A program made the position numbers and the translations under genes. The notes under the pieces are model-generated. The model had not been told where the DNA came from and made no database searches. It was given only the letters and a program-made list of their open reading frames with translations. Of a DNA stretch of 64,000 bases, positions 47,133 to 57,339 are shown piece after piece; the first letter of the stretch is position 1; each line of letters begins with the position of its first letter. The DNA is from an uncultured delta proteobacterium (GTDB taxonomy: Bacteria; Desulfobacterota; Desulfuromonadia; Geobacterales; DSM-12255): positions 1-64,000 of the forward strand of contig CAWBBV010000007.1 in NCBI GenBank assembly GCA_963787125.1, in the 5' to 3' direction.

Positions 47133-49565
47133 ATGCCAAAGAAAATGCTTATCAATGCCCTTCATCCGGAAGAGTCGCGGGTTGCGATTGTCGATGAGAA
47201 TGGGCGCCTGATAGATCTCGATATCGAGATCGCAGGCAGTGAACAGATGCGGGGAAATATTTATAAGGGGGTCGTGCTCCGGGTTGAACCGGGACTGCAG
47301 GCTGCTTTCATTGATATCGGCCTCAAGAAACCGGCCTTTATCCAGTTGGGTGAACTTCACCCGGACAACTGGCAGTGGCGAGAGGATGTCACTGAGGAGC
47401 AGCGCAAGCGGCGACCACGGATACAGGATGTCCTTCGTCGCGGCCAGGAGCTGATCGTCCAGGTGGAGAAGGACGAGCGGGATATGAAGGGTGCAGCGGT
47501 AACGACCTACATATCCCTCCCCGGACGTTACATGGTGCTCATGCCGGGGAGTGATTCCACCGGGATTTCCAGAAAGGTTGAGGGGGAGGGTGAGCGGAAG
47601 AAGATGAAGGAGCTCGCCGCTGCCATGACTTTCCGTGAAGGGGTCGGTTACATTATCCGGACGGAGGCAATGGGGAGAACTCTTGAGGAGTTGCAGTACG
47701 ATCTGGACCAGCTGCTGGCCAAATATGACGAAGTCATTGAAAAAGGGGCGAAGATTAAGGCTCCGGCCATTATCTACAAGGAATATGCTGTTGTCATCAG
47801 GACAATCCGTGACTACTTTTCTGCTGATATTGATGAGGTTCTGGTCGACAGCAAGGAGGTCTGCAAGGAGGCAAAAGCGTTCTTCAAGGAGACCATGCCC
47901 AGTTTTGAGAAACGGGTAAAAATGCACCAGGAAAAACGTCCCATCTTCTCCCGCTTTCAGATAGAGGAGCAGATTGATCAGATCTACGAGAAAAAAGTTT
48001 TACTCAAATCTGGCGGGTCGCTGGTGATTGAACCGACAGAGGCGCTTGTCTCCATAGATGTCAACTCGGGTAAATCAACCGGCGAGCGTAATGTCGAAGA
48101 CACTGCCTTTCGCACCAACCTGGAAGCGGTGGACGAGGCTGCCAGGCAGCTGCGGCTGCGCGACCTTGGCGGGCTCATCGTCCTTGACCTGATAGACATG
48201 CGGGAGATGAAGCATGTCAAGGAGGTTGAAAAGGCGTTAAAGCTGGCGTTAAAGGGTGATAAGGCCCGCGTGACCGTTGGCAGGATCTCCCAGTTCGGCA
48301 TGTTGGAGATGTCCAGGCAGCGGATTAAGCAGACCCTTGAACAGGGAAGTATCCTTGACTGCCCGCACTGTTCCGGTAGAGGCAAAGTCAAAGGGGTCGA
48401 GAGTATGGCCATCTCTTTTCTGCGCAAGGTCCATGGCGCTGCCGCCAAAGGGACGGCTTCAGAGGTGCGTGGTGAGCTGCCGCTTGACGTGGCTTATTAT
48501 CTTCTGAACCGCAAGAAGCGTGAACTGGCGCAGATAGAAAACGATTACGATATTGAGGTGACGATAAAAGGTAAGCCGTCTTTCCTTATGAACCAGCTGG
48601 AGCTGGTTGCCATCAAGCGGGAAAAAGTGGCGGTGCAGGAATATACTCAGCCACAGATTCAGGTAGAGGCAGAGAGAGTCCTCCCGGTAGAAGCCCCAGC
48701 GGTTAAAGTGCCACCAGTGGTGGTTCTGGAGGCGGAGCAGCCGGTCGATGACGGCAAGCCGAAGAGGAAAAAACGAAGTCGTATGAAGGTGGCCGGAGAG
48801 CCTGTTGAAGAGCCCGTTGCCCTGGAGATTCCAGCCGCAGAAGTGCTTGATGACGCGGCCATTGCTCCAGCCGCAGTGGTTGACGCAGCTGCCATGCCGA
48901 TTAACGAGACCGGGGACGTTGAGTCTCTTCCTGAAGAACAGAAGAAAAAGCGCCGGAGAAAGCGGCGGCGCAAAGGGAAGGGTGGTGCTGGCGAGCAGCC
49001 TGCCGGAGAGGAAGCTGAAGGTGTTGAGGCTGCTGAAGTTGAAGATGACCATGTCTCTGAAGCTGTTGAGTTGCCTGATGCTGACGAGGAACCGGTTGCT
49101 CAGGAGGACGCGTCTGCAGAGACCCTTAAAAAGCGGAAACGTCGCCGGCGCAAGCGTGGCGGTGCCAAGCCGGCAGACGCTGATGCAATTGCTGCAGTCG
49201 AGCCGGAAGAGATTGCTCCGGTTGAGCTTTCTGCTGTTGAATCTTCTCCTGTTACAGCGGAAGAGAAGCCGAAAAAACTACGGGTGCGCGCCCCGCGCAA
49301 GAAAGTGGCTACTGGCGAACCAGTTGTAATTCCGGAAATAACTATTGCCGAGACGGCGGCTGTGCCTGGTTTGTTGCCTGTAGTTGAGGCCGTAAAGCCG
49401 AAAAAGGCCAGGGCAAGAAAGGCTGCAGTTATAGCAGAGCCGGTGGAAGTGTCTCCGATTCCTGCTTCAGTTGCGATAGTGCCTGAAGAGAAGCCAAAGG
49501 CAAAGCGCGCACCGCGAAAGAAAGCAGTAAAGTCTGTCGAGGATGTGCCGAGCAGTCAAGATTAG
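47133..49565 (+). CDS. rne: Ribonuclease E/G family with long disordered C-terminus
   Basis: GNIYKG, AAFID, SIDVNSG, DLGGLIVLDLIDM, CPHC zinc link. Confidence 0.95.
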   Translation: MPKKMLINALHPEESRVAIVDENGRLIDLDIEIAGSEQMRGNIYKGVVLRVEPGLQAAFIDIGLKKPAFIQLGELHPDNWQWREDVTEEQRKRRPRIQDVLRRGQELIVQVEKDERDMKGAAVTTYISLPGRYMVLMPGSDSTGISRKVEGEGERKKMKELAAAMTFREGVGYIIRTEAMGRTLEELQYDLDQLLAKYDEVIEKGAKIKAPAIIYKEYAVVIRTIRDYFSADIDEVLVDSKEVCKEAKAFFKETMPSFEKRVKMHQEKRPIFSRFQIEEQIDQIYEKKVLLKSGGSLVIEPTEALVSIDVNSGKSTGERNVEDTAFRTNLEAVDEAARQLRLRDLGGLIVLDLIDMREMKHVKEVEKALKLALKGDKARVTVGRISQFGMLEMSRQRIKQTLEQGSILDCPHCSGRGKVKGVESMAISFLRKVHGAAAKGTASEVRGELPLDVAYYLLNRKKRELAQIENDYDIEVTIKGKPSFLMNQLELVAIKREKVAVQEYTQPQIQVEAERVLPVEAPAVKVPPVVVLEAEQPVDDGKPKRKKRSRMKVAGEPVEEPVALEIPAAEVLDDAAIAPAAVVDAAAMPINETGDVESLPEEQKKKRRRKRRRKGKGGAGEQPAGEEAEGVEAAEVEDDHVSEAVELPDADEEPVAQEDASAETLKKRKRRRRKRGGAKPADADAIAAVEPEEIAPVELSAVESSPVTAEEKPKKLRVRAPRKKVATGEPVVIPEITIAETAAVPGLLPVVEAVKPKKARARKAAVIAEPVEVSPIPASVAIVPEEKPKAKRAPRKKAVKSVEDVPSSQD

Positions 49566-49611
49566 TAATTCTTCCGGAGAGTGTCTCTCAATGTTAAATA
49601 AGTAAGTTAAA

Positions 49612-49651
49612 AAGCGCGACCTCATAGAAATGGGGGCGCGCTTCTTTTTTT
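49612..49651 (+). terminator. Intrinsic terminator after rne
   Basis: AAGCGCGACCTCAT-AGAA-ATGGGGGCGCGCTT followed by T-run. Confidence 0.7.
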
Positions 49652-49940
49652 CAGGTATTCCGGTAGTCCCCGTGCATCGAAACTTTTTTTGATATAGTCA
49701 AAAATATTGTTGCCTCAAGTCTCCTCTGAATATATCCTTGCAAAATAGAACGCTGTCACTATAGAGCGGTTCCGTCTAACTTTGCTGATTTTAGCATCTG
49801 CCTATGGGTTAGTCTTAATGATGTGTTTTGATAAGCGCAGATGTTAGATGATAGCAGTCAGGTGTTTGCATAATTAAATTGTCAACAGCATCATTATTTG
49901 TGATGCCCGGCAGCTTTGATAAACAACAAGGGAGGAGCAT

Positions 49941-50636
49941 ATGATCTGTAAATCAGTGACTGAGGCGCTTTGCGGCATCTGCGACGGGGCAACAATAATG
50001 GTAGGTGGCTTCGGTCTGGTCGGGATCCCGGAAAACCTGATTCTGGGGCTGCGGGAGACAGGGGTGAAAAACCTGACCGTCATCTCCAACAACTGCGGCG
50101 TTGATGACTGGGGGTTGGGACTGCTACTGGAAAACCGCCAGATAAAGAAGATGATTTCGTCGTACGTTGGTGAGAACAAGGAGTTCGAGCGGCAGTATCT
50201 TTCCGGTGAACTGGAAGTGGAACTGGTGCCGCAGGGGACGCTGGCAGAGCGGATAAGAGCAGGAGGGGCGGGAATACCGGGATTTTACACTCCTGCGGGG
50301 GTGGGTACGCCAATTGCCGAAGGGCGTGAAACCAGGGTTTTTGACGGTAAGGAGTATCTGCTTGAGTTCGGTCTGAAGGCGGATTATTCACTGGTAAAAG
50401 CGTGGCGTGGAGATGGTCTCGGCAACCTCCAGTACCGCCGGACGGCACAAAACTTCAACCCGATGATGGCTGCTGCCGGCAAGTTAACAATAGCCGAGGT
50501 TGAAGTCATGGCAGCTGTCGGCGAACTTGAGCCGGAGAGCGTTCATACACCGAGCATTTATGTGCAGCGGATTATCTGTTGCGACAAACATGAAAAACGG
50601 ATCGAGCGGCGGACTGTTCAAAAAGGAGGCGCGTAA
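49941..50636 (+). CDS. scoA: 3-oxoacid CoA-transferase subunit A
   Basis: [30 protein letters not shown]. Confidence 0.92.
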   Translation: MICKSVTEALCGICDGATIMVGGFGLVGIPENLILGLRETGVKNLTVISNNCGVDDWGLGLLLENRQIKKMISSYVGENKEFERQYLSGELEVELVPQGTLAERIRAGGAGIPGFYTPAGVGTPIAEGRETRVFDGKEYLLEFGLKADYSLVKAWRGDGLGNLQYRRTAQNFNPMMAAAGKLTIAEVEVMAAVGELEPESVHTPSIYVQRIICCDKHEKRIERRTVQKGGA

Positions 50637-50637
50637 C

Positions 50638-51282
50638 ATGGCCTGGACACGTGAAGAGATTGCCCAGCGGGCAGCGCAGGAGATAGAGGACGGTTTTTAT
50701 GTGAATCTGGGAATCGGGATGCCGACTCTTGTGGCGAATTTTATCCCTAAAGGGGTGAAAGTTGTGCTGCAGTCAGAAAACGGTCTGCTCGGTATCGGTC
50801 CATATCCAACCGAAGAGCAGCTTGATCCGGATCTGATAAACGCCGGTAAAGAGACGATTACCATGATGCCGGGCGCGGCACTGTTCAGCAGCGCCGAGTC
50901 GTTTGCCATGATTCGCGGCGGGCATATCGATCTGGCAATCCTCGGCGGCATGGAGGTGTCAGCTTCAGGTGACCTTGCCAACTGGGTCATCCCCGGCAAG
51001 ATGGTTAAAGGGATGGGAGGGGCAATGGATCTGGTCCACGGCGCCAAGAAAATTGTCGTCATCATGGATCATGTCAACAAGCAGGGCGAATCTAAAATTC
51101 TCAACAGCTGCACTCTGCCGTTGACCGGCAAGGGGGTTGTTAACCGGATCATTACCGATCGGGCAGTGCTTGATGTGACCAAGGATGGTCTGCTGCTTGT
51201 CGAAGTTGCGCCGGGACATACAGTCGCAGAGATAATGGGTTGCACCGAGCCGCAGCTTGCGGTTGCGCCAGGGCTTGAATAG
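50638..51282 (+). CDS. scoB: 3-oxoacid CoA-transferase subunit B
   Basis: [22 protein letters not shown]. Confidence 0.92.
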   Translation: MAWTREEIAQRAAQEIEDGFYVNLGIGMPTLVANFIPKGVKVVLQSENGLLGIGPYPTEEQLDPDLINAGKETITMMPGAALFSSAESFAMIRGGHIDLAILGGMEVSASGDLANWVIPGKMVKGMGGAMDLVHGAKKIVVIMDHVNKQGESKILNSCTLPLTGKGVVNRIITDRAVLDVTKDGLLLVEVAPGHTVAEIMGCTEPQLAVAPGLE

Positions 51283-51290
51283 GGGGAGAG

Positions 51291-52073
51291 ATGCTTAAAG
51301 GAAAATCTGCTCTGGTTACCGGGTCTACCAGCGGCATAGGTCTCGGTATTGCTCGTGCCCTTGCGTCACAGGGGTGCAATGTCATGCTGAACGGCTTTGG
51401 TGAAAGCTCGGTTATAGAGAAAAGCCGCGTTGGACTTGAAATGGAATTTGCTGTTAAAGCCTGCTACAGCCGGGCTGACATGACAAAGCCGGATGAGATT
51501 GCCGCTCTTGTTGAGGAGACGATAGACCGGCTTGGTAGTCTGGATATTCTGGTAAACTGTGCCGGTATCCAGCATACAGCCGAGATAGAGGCCTTCCCAG
51601 CGCAAAAATGGGATGCAATTATTGCCATAAATCTTTCATCTTCATTTCACACTATCCAGCATGCCGTCCCCTTCATGAAAAGACGTGGCTGGGGGAGGAT
51701 TTTGAATATTGCTTCTGTGCACGGTCTGGTCGGCTCGGTCAACAAAGTGGCATATGTTGCGGCAAAGCACGGTCTTGTCGGGTTGACAAAAGTTGTCGGA
51801 CTTGAAACCGCAGGCAAGGGGATAACTTGCAACGCCATCTGTCCCGGCTGGACACGCACAGAGTTGATTGAACCGCAGATCGCTGCAAAGGCTGCGGCCC
51901 TTGGGGTTGACAGCGAAGAAGGCGGACGGTCACTGCTGGCTGAAAAACAGCCTTCGAGGCAGTTTGTGACCATCGACCAGCTAGGTCAGCTGGCAATTTT
52001 TCTCTGCTCGGATGCGGCGGCGCAGATCACCGGCACGGCGATTCCGATAGACGGGGGGTGGACAGCTCAGTAG
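51291..52073 (+). CDS. bdhA: 3-hydroxybutyrate dehydrogenase (SDR)
   Basis: TGSTSGIG, AGIQH, SVHGLV, YVAAKHG, EKQPS. Confidence 0.9.
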   Translation: MLKGKSALVTGSTSGIGLGIARALASQGCNVMLNGFGESSVIEKSRVGLEMEFAVKACYSRADMTKPDEIAALVEETIDRLGSLDILVNCAGIQHTAEIEAFPAQKWDAIIAINLSSSFHTIQHAVPFMKRRGWGRILNIASVHGLVGSVNKVAYVAAKHGLVGLTKVVGLETAGKGITCNAICPGWTRTELIEPQIAAKAAALGVDSEEGGRSLLAEKQPSRQFVTIDQLGQLAIFLCSDAAAQITGTAIPIDGGWTAQ

Positions 52074-52271
52074 CCTCTGTTTGCAATGAGTCTGTCAGTA
52101 ACACTGCCAGTCTCTCTGCAAGTCTTGTTGATTTTTTTCTAAACTTGGACCAGAGTTAAGTTAGAAGCAAGTCGTCTGGTTCATGACTGGATTTACAATG
52201 AAAACCTTGAAGATCCAGTTGATATATTAAATGTTGTTTGATTCAGCAAGAGGCAGTTTGCAGCGGAGGTA

Positions 52272-53003
52272 ATGTCCCGGATGAAAAAGATTCTGCTTGT
52301 AGATGACGTCAAGCTGCTCATAGAAGCGCAAAAAAAGTTCCTGGCCTCATCCCCTGTGCAGATACTAACCGCCCATGACGGTGTTGAAGCCCTCGAAACG
52401 GCCCGCCGCGAACTCCCTGATCTGATAATAATGGACAAGTTCATGCCCAATATGGATGGTCTGACCTGCTGCCGCAAACTAAAGGACGACCCGGCTCTTG
52501 CCCATATCCCGATCATCATGGCTACTAACGCTGCAACGGCGACTGATAAACAGGAGTATCTCAGCGCCGGCTGTACTGATGTTCTCGCCAAGCCGCTAGA
52601 TTGCAGACTTTTTCTTGAGGCGATTAAAAAGCATATTCCAAATATCGAGTGTCGCACTGTCCGGGTTCCCCTGAACATCGAAATGCAAGTTCTTCACAAT
52701 GGAGCACATTACAAAGTTGTTACTGAGAATCTGAGCCTCAACGGCGCCTTTGCTGTGACAGAGCGGAATATTGCTGTCAATGATGAAGTGAAACTTACTT
52801 TTAAGCTACCGCAAAAAGAGGTTCCACTGGAGATTAAAGGACGGATTGTCTGGCAGCGCAAGAGTGGTATCGATACCGGTTTTGGAGTTGAGTTTATGGA
52901 GGTGCTCGGGCAAGGGATATCCATGCTCAGGACCCTTGAGCTCAAGACATTCGTAACTACATACATTTCGACTATAATACGGCCTGGTAGGGCAATGTAC
53001 TGA
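52272..53003 (+). CDS. Response regulator receiver + PilZ domain protein
   Basis: LLVDD, MDKFMP, KP; R..RVP...NLSLNG...FGVEF PilZ-like region. Confidence 0.85.
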   Translation: MSRMKKILLVDDVKLLIEAQKKFLASSPVQILTAHDGVEALETARRELPDLIIMDKFMPNMDGLTCCRKLKDDPALAHIPIIMATNAATATDKQEYLSAGCTDVLAKPLDCRLFLEAIKKHIPNIECRTVRVPLNIEMQVLHNGAHYKVVTENLSLNGAFAVTERNIAVNDEVKLTFKLPQKEVPLEIKGRIVWQRKSGIDTGFGVEFMEVLGQGISMLRTLELKTFVTTYISTIIRPGRAMY

Positions 53004-53021
53004 AGTCACACACCCGCGCAG

Positions 53022-54116
53022 TCAAGTCAGTGTACTACTAAAAACACCTGCAATCGCCCCCAGGAGTTTTTTATTGTCAGTCGCCCCTTTCACCGCAACC
53101 CTGAAAAAACGACTGTCGAGACCTTCAAAGTTGCTGCAATCACGAATCAGTATCAACTCCGGCAAAAGTTTATTTTGCAGCTCAGCCGCTGTCAGGCCGT
53201 TGTTGAGCTTGAGGAGCAGATAGTTAGCCGCACTCTCGAAGAGTTCAACCCCGTTCATTTTGGAAAAGCCGGCTATCAGCGTCTGCCGTTCTTCTTCAAT
53301 AACAGCTCTGGTCTGCCGGCAGTGATTACTGTCGGCAATGGCTGCAAGAGCAGCTGCCTGGGGAATAACCCCGACGCTCCAGGGTGGCAGGAAGCGTTTC
53401 AAACGCGCGGTAACCCCTGGTGAAGCAATTGAGTAGCCGACTCTTATCCCGGGAAAACCGAAAAATTTGGTCATTGAACGGAGTATCAGGCCGCTGTCCG
53501 CGGTAAGAATCAACTGTTTTGCGGAAAATTCTTCTGCAAAGTCGATAAAAGCCTCATCGAGAACGCAAAAACAGCCGCTGCTTCTGCAAAGACGGTAGAG
53601 AGTTTCAACCTCATCCAGAGAATATAGCTTTCCGGTTGGGTTGCCCGGATTGCAGAAAAAGAGAAGGTCATAGCCTTTTGCAAGTTCAACCGCTACTTTT
53701 TTGCAATCAAGAACAAACCCTCTTTCATGCTCCAGAGTGAGATAATCGAATTTCCAGCCGGCAAGCTCAAGGGCGTTGGCATACTCGGAAAATGCGGGCG
53801 CCAGCAGCAGCGCGCGACCGGTTGCGCGGCGAAAGAGTCGCGGTATCAGATGAATCAGTTCGGTGGAGCCGTTGGCAATGGCAATATTCTCAGGGGAAAG
53901 AGAGTGATAGGCTGCCAGAGCGCTGCAAAGAGCAGGTGAGCCAGCTTCCGGGTAGTGGCCGATCAGGTCAAAGGCAGTGGTGGTTGCGCTGCGAACCGCG
54001 ATGGCCGGGCCAAGAGGGTTTATGCTTGCAGAGAAGTCCAGAATCGAGTCAGGATGTACCTTCAACTCTCTTGCCATGGAAAAAACGGTGCCGCCGTGAC
54101 TGAATGACCTGTTCAT
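53022..54116 (-). CDS. cobD: Threonine-phosphate decarboxylase (start could be 54143)
   Basis: HGG, DFSASINPLG, NPGNPTG, DEAFIDF, RSMTKFF. Confidence 0.88.
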   Translation of the reverse strand: MNRSFSHGGTVFSMARELKVHPDSILDFSASINPLGPAIAVRSATTTAFDLIGHYPEAGSPALCSALAAYHSLSPENIAIANGSTELIHLIPRLFRRATGRALLLAPAFSEYANALELAGWKFDYLTLEHERGFVLDCKKVAVELAKGYDLLFFCNPGNPTGKLYSLDEVETLYRLCRSSGCFCVLDEAFIDFAEEFSAKQLILTADSGLILRSMTKFFGFPGIRVGYSIASPGVTARLKRFLPPWSVGVIPQAAALAAIADSNHCRQTRAVIEEERQTLIAGFSKMNGVELFESAANYLLLKLNNGLTAAELQNKLLPELILIRDCSNFEGLDSRFFRVAVKGATDNKKLLGAIAGVFSSTLT

Positions 54117-54135
54117 TGAAAAACTGCTCTCCTCA

Positions 54136-55140
54136 CTACTCATAAATCTTCGCCATAATCTGAACTTTTTCGGTTAGTTCCAGACGAAGATCCGGCGGTT
54201 CCAGAAGTTCGACATGACCGCCGTAAGAGAGTATCCAGGCGATTATCTCCATCCTGCCACCCGCTGTAAAGCTCAATTCAATACTGCCATCACGGAGTTT
54301 TTCAATTTTCTGATTTGGCTGCCATATCCGGTCAACAATTGAATGAGCAACCTGGCTGCTGAAGCGAAGGCGCAGCTTAAGAGGCGATTCGCTGACAATA
54401 CCAAAAGCCTCTCTGAACTGTTCTTCAGGTTGGTATTCAGCTGGAATTTCGAATCGTTCATGTTCTGTCACTATACCGTGTATTCGTTCAACGGCGAACG
54501 TTCTGACACTTTTGCGGTTATGTGCATACCCCTGGAGATAGAGTCCGCCTTTATGAAAAATGAAAGAGTATGGGTCAACGGAGTAATGCACAGGTTTTTT
54601 CCCAGTAGGAGTTTTATAAAGGAGCTTTATCTTCTGCTGGAAAAGAAGCGCCGTGCGCAACCCGGATAACAGGTTGGCAGCCTTGGAGTAGTCGCGTCTA
54701 CCCTGCATCAGCGGCAGTGTAATCCTTGAAAGTCTTTCCAGGTGAGCGGCGTAGCGTGGGGGGAGCACCGAGTTAATCTTGCCGAAAACACTCTCAAGAT
54801 CGTCATGGAAAGGTGTCCCCTGAAGTATCTCAAGCTGAGAGCGGAGGAAATAAAGTGTCAACAGTTCCTGGAGGGTAAATCCTATGGGCGGAACATCCTT
54901 GAAGCCGGTGATGAAACGGTACAGCTTGCGGTTACCTGACCAATCAGCTATCAGCGGGTAGCCTGCCGCCGCAATTGCGTTCAAGTCACGATGAATCGTG
55001 CGCCGGTCAACTTTGCCCTCTTCGGCAAGATCTTCAAGTGAAATGCCATGACGGGATTCTAGCAGGCGGATAGTATCATGCAACCGAGCCGCTTGTGAGT
55101 ATTTTTTAGCCGGTTTGCCAGGCCTGTTTTTCTGGGTCAT
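54136..55140 (-). CDS. HTH-WYL-WCX transcriptional regulator (YafY/PafBC-like)
   Basis: VDRRTIHRDL HTH; VDPY...GLYL...RTFAVERI; WILSYG..VELLEP. Confidence 0.88.
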   Translation of the reverse strand: MTQKNRPGKPAKKYSQAARLHDTIRLLESRHGISLEDLAEEGKVDRRTIHRDLNAIAAAGYPLIADWSGNRKLYRFITGFKDVPPIGFTLQELLTLYFLRSQLEILQGTPFHDDLESVFGKINSVLPPRYAAHLERLSRITLPLMQGRRDYSKAANLLSGLRTALLFQQKIKLLYKTPTGKKPVHYSVDPYSFIFHKGGLYLQGYAHNRKSVRTFAVERIHGIVTEHERFEIPAEYQPEEQFREAFGIVSESPLKLRLRFSSQVAHSIVDRIWQPNQKIEKLRDGSIELSFTAGGRMEIIAWILSYGGHVELLEPPDLRLELTEKVQIMAKIYE

Positions 55141-55161
55141 TTATAGGGGGGATCTCGAACC

Positions 55162-55647
55162 TTACTCTCTGAAGTTCACAAATTGCATCTCTACGTCAAG
55201 ATCCTTCCCCCGAAGAAGGGCAATCGCTTCCTGCAGATCGTCACGGTTTTTGCCAGTGACCCGAACCTGGTCATCCTGGATTTGCGCCTGCACCTTGATT
55301 TTGCTCTCTTTAATGACGGCAATGATCTCTTTGCCTTTCTCTTTGCTGATCCCTACCTGCACGGTTATTATCTGCCGCACCATGCTGCCGGAGGCCGGCT
55401 CTGCCTTGCCGTACTGGAGTGATTTTATCGAAATATTCCGTTTGATGAACTTCGACTGAAGCACGTCAATGACGGCTTTAAGCTTGAAGTCGTCATCGGC
55501 GAGAACCTTGATCGACTCATTTTCACGGTTAATTTCCGCTTTGGAGCCTTTGAAGTCGTAGCGCTGACCAATCTCCTTGACTGACTGGTTGACCGCATTG
55601 TCAACCTCCTGCATATCCACTTTTGAAACAATGTCGAATGACGGCAT
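55162..55647 (-). CDS. yajQ: YajQ family nucleotide/c-di-GMP-binding protein
   Basis: [25 protein letters not shown]. Confidence 0.95.
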   Translation of the reverse strand: MPSFDIVSKVDMQEVDNAVNQSVKEIGQRYDFKGSKAEINRENESIKVLADDDFKLKAVIDVLQSKFIKRNISIKSLQYGKAEPASGSMVRQIITVQVGISKEKGKEIIAVIKESKIKVQAQIQDDQVRVTGKNRDDLQEAIALLRGKDLDVEMQFVNFRE

Positions 55648-55670
55648 ATTGAAGCCTCCTGGAAGAAATC

Positions 55671-55720
55671 AGGTAAAGGTAGAGGTAAAGAAAAATGTTC
55701 TACCTTTACCTCTACCTTTA
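55671..55720. repeat. Palindrome built from AGGTA(A/G) hexamers
   Basis: Perfect 17-bp inverted repeat TAAAGGTAGAGGTAAAG (55674-55690) / CTTTACCTCTACCTTTA (55704-55720). Confidence 0.9.
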
Positions 55721-55721
55721 A

Positions 55722-56519
55722 CTATTGTTTTATTATTTCCACCCCTAAGGGTGGCTTGAATGAAAACCGATCTGCTGCAAACCCGGTGTTTATTCTGATA
55801 TTACTGTATTCGATAGTTGTGCGGTTGCCAAGCTGATCAACGAGAACCGATGCTGCAATCGGGAAAAAAACCGAGTTCTCGGTGCGCGCTTTTTCTATTG
55901 ATGTGTCCGAAATGGAGAGCAGTAGTTTTGCTACGGCACTATTCTGTTTTTTGGGGGTAAGCTCAAGCTGGTAGAGTCCTTTTTTGTCAGGAACATCTGT
56001 CATAAGTTTTATGTTGAAATCTTCAGCCAGGCTGCCAAGGCCGGTCAGATAACTTATGGCAATTCCGTTGCCGCCGGAAAAGAGTTTTGCCGTGTCAGTG
56101 AGGATGACCTGCCTGTTTTCGGGGAGATAGTACCAGACATTTTTGCCATTGGAAATGATCTGCTGTTTAGGTCTTAAGTAGTTGAAGCGAAACTGGGCGC
56201 TGCCCCCCCTTTTTTTAAGGAAAAGTTCGCCGGAACCTTTCTCTTCCCTTTTGAGGCTGGCTATATAGGTTCTCTGGCTGAAGTCGGCATGGAGATCCTC
56301 CATGGAGCCATACCCTTTTTTGAGCGCCGCAAGAATTTCCTGAAGATCCGTCTTTTCAGCAGCAGAAGCAGCTGAAGCCAGCAGAAGGGTTAGAGCGACT
56401 GCTCCTGCCAAGTAACTTTTTATTAGTAAGTAAGAAGTTATTTTCTGCATGTTTCTGGCAGAAAATAACTTCGTTAACGCACTTATCCTGTTTATCAGGG
56501 TTAGGGTGATAAATTTCAT
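55722..56519 (-). CDS. lolA: LolA-family lipoprotein carrier (paralogue 1)
   Basis: ADFSQ, FRFNY..P.Q.IISNGK.VWYY.PENRQV; exact start uncertain. Confidence 0.82.
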   Translation of the reverse strand: MKFITLTLINRISALTKLFSARNMQKITSYLLIKSYLAGAVALTLLLASAASAAEKTDLQEILAALKKGYGSMEDLHADFSQRTYIASLKREEKGSGELFLKKRGGSAQFRFNYLRPKQQIISNGKNVWYYLPENRQVILTDTAKLFSGGNGIAISYLTGLGSLAEDFNIKLMTDVPDKKGLYQLELTPKKQNSAVAKLLLSISDTSIEKARTENSVFFPIAASVLVDQLGNRTTIEYSNIRINTGFAADRFSFKPPLGVEIIKQ

Positions 56520-57328
56520 CTTGCCACCGGGGGACGCACTACCTGTGCATTTGGTGGGACATCAAAACTGAAAAGCATATCGGAAACCATACTGTTTGTC
56601 CTTGCATTGCTGAATTCCATAGTGGTGCTGTTGCCATCATGGTCAATCACTGTTGTTGAGAGAATCGGGAACGGGTTCAAATCCGGCATTCTGCCCGGGG
56701 GCAGACCTGTTGTGCGTGGACTGGTGCCGGTCTTGCTTGCTACGGCCTCTTTGTTGACGGTAATGAAGAGTTTTTCTATGGTAGCACTGGCTCTTTTCGG
56801 GGTTAGTTCGAGGATGAAATTACCGGCCTGATCAGCAATTATCTTATTGAAAACAATATTGAAATCCTTGGATATTCGCCCAAGCCCTTGCAAGAAATTA
56901 ATGCCTCTGTCCCGCACTGAGTTGGCTCTTGATGGCTCGAAAAACTCGGCTACATCACTCAGAATCACCTGCCTGTTCTCAGGAAGATATATCCAGAGGG
57001 TCCGGCCATCGCAAACAACTTCCTGTCTTGTCGGACGGTAATAATTAAAGCGGAATTTAAGAGCGTCCTTGCTGGATGCCGGCTTAAGATACATCTCCCC
57101 TTCAGCCCGAAACTCTTTTTTCTTTTCGGCAATTGTTGATCTTTGGAAAAAATCGGCTCTGACGTCGGCGATTTCGGGAAAGCCGTTGTTGCCGGGAGTA
57201 AAAGGTTTTTCAACTGTGGCGATAACTTCATTAAGGCTTATATTGTATTTTGGCGGCTGTAACGCCAAGGCCGGAAGAACCTGTAGTCCGATAAGCAGCA
57301 GAACGGCTGGTAGTCTGGAAAAGCCCAT
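56516..57328 (-). CDS. lolA: LolA-family lipoprotein carrier (paralogue 2)
   Basis: ADFFQ, FRFNYYRP..QEVVCDG.TLWIYLPENRQV. Confidence 0.82.
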   Translation of the reverse strand: MGFSRLPAVLLLIGLQVLPALALQPPKYNISLNEVIATVEKPFTPGNNGFPEIADVRADFFQRSTIAEKKKEFRAEGEMYLKPASSKDALKFRFNYYRPTRQEVVCDGRTLWIYLPENRQVILSDVAEFFEPSRANSVRDRGINFLQGLGRISKDFNIVFNKIIADQAGNFILELTPKRASATIEKLFITVNKEAVASKTGTSPRTTGLPPGRMPDLNPFPILSTTVIDHDGNSTTMEFSNARTNSMVSDMLFSFDVPPNAQVVRPPVAR

Positions 57329-57339
57329 GAATGCCCCCT

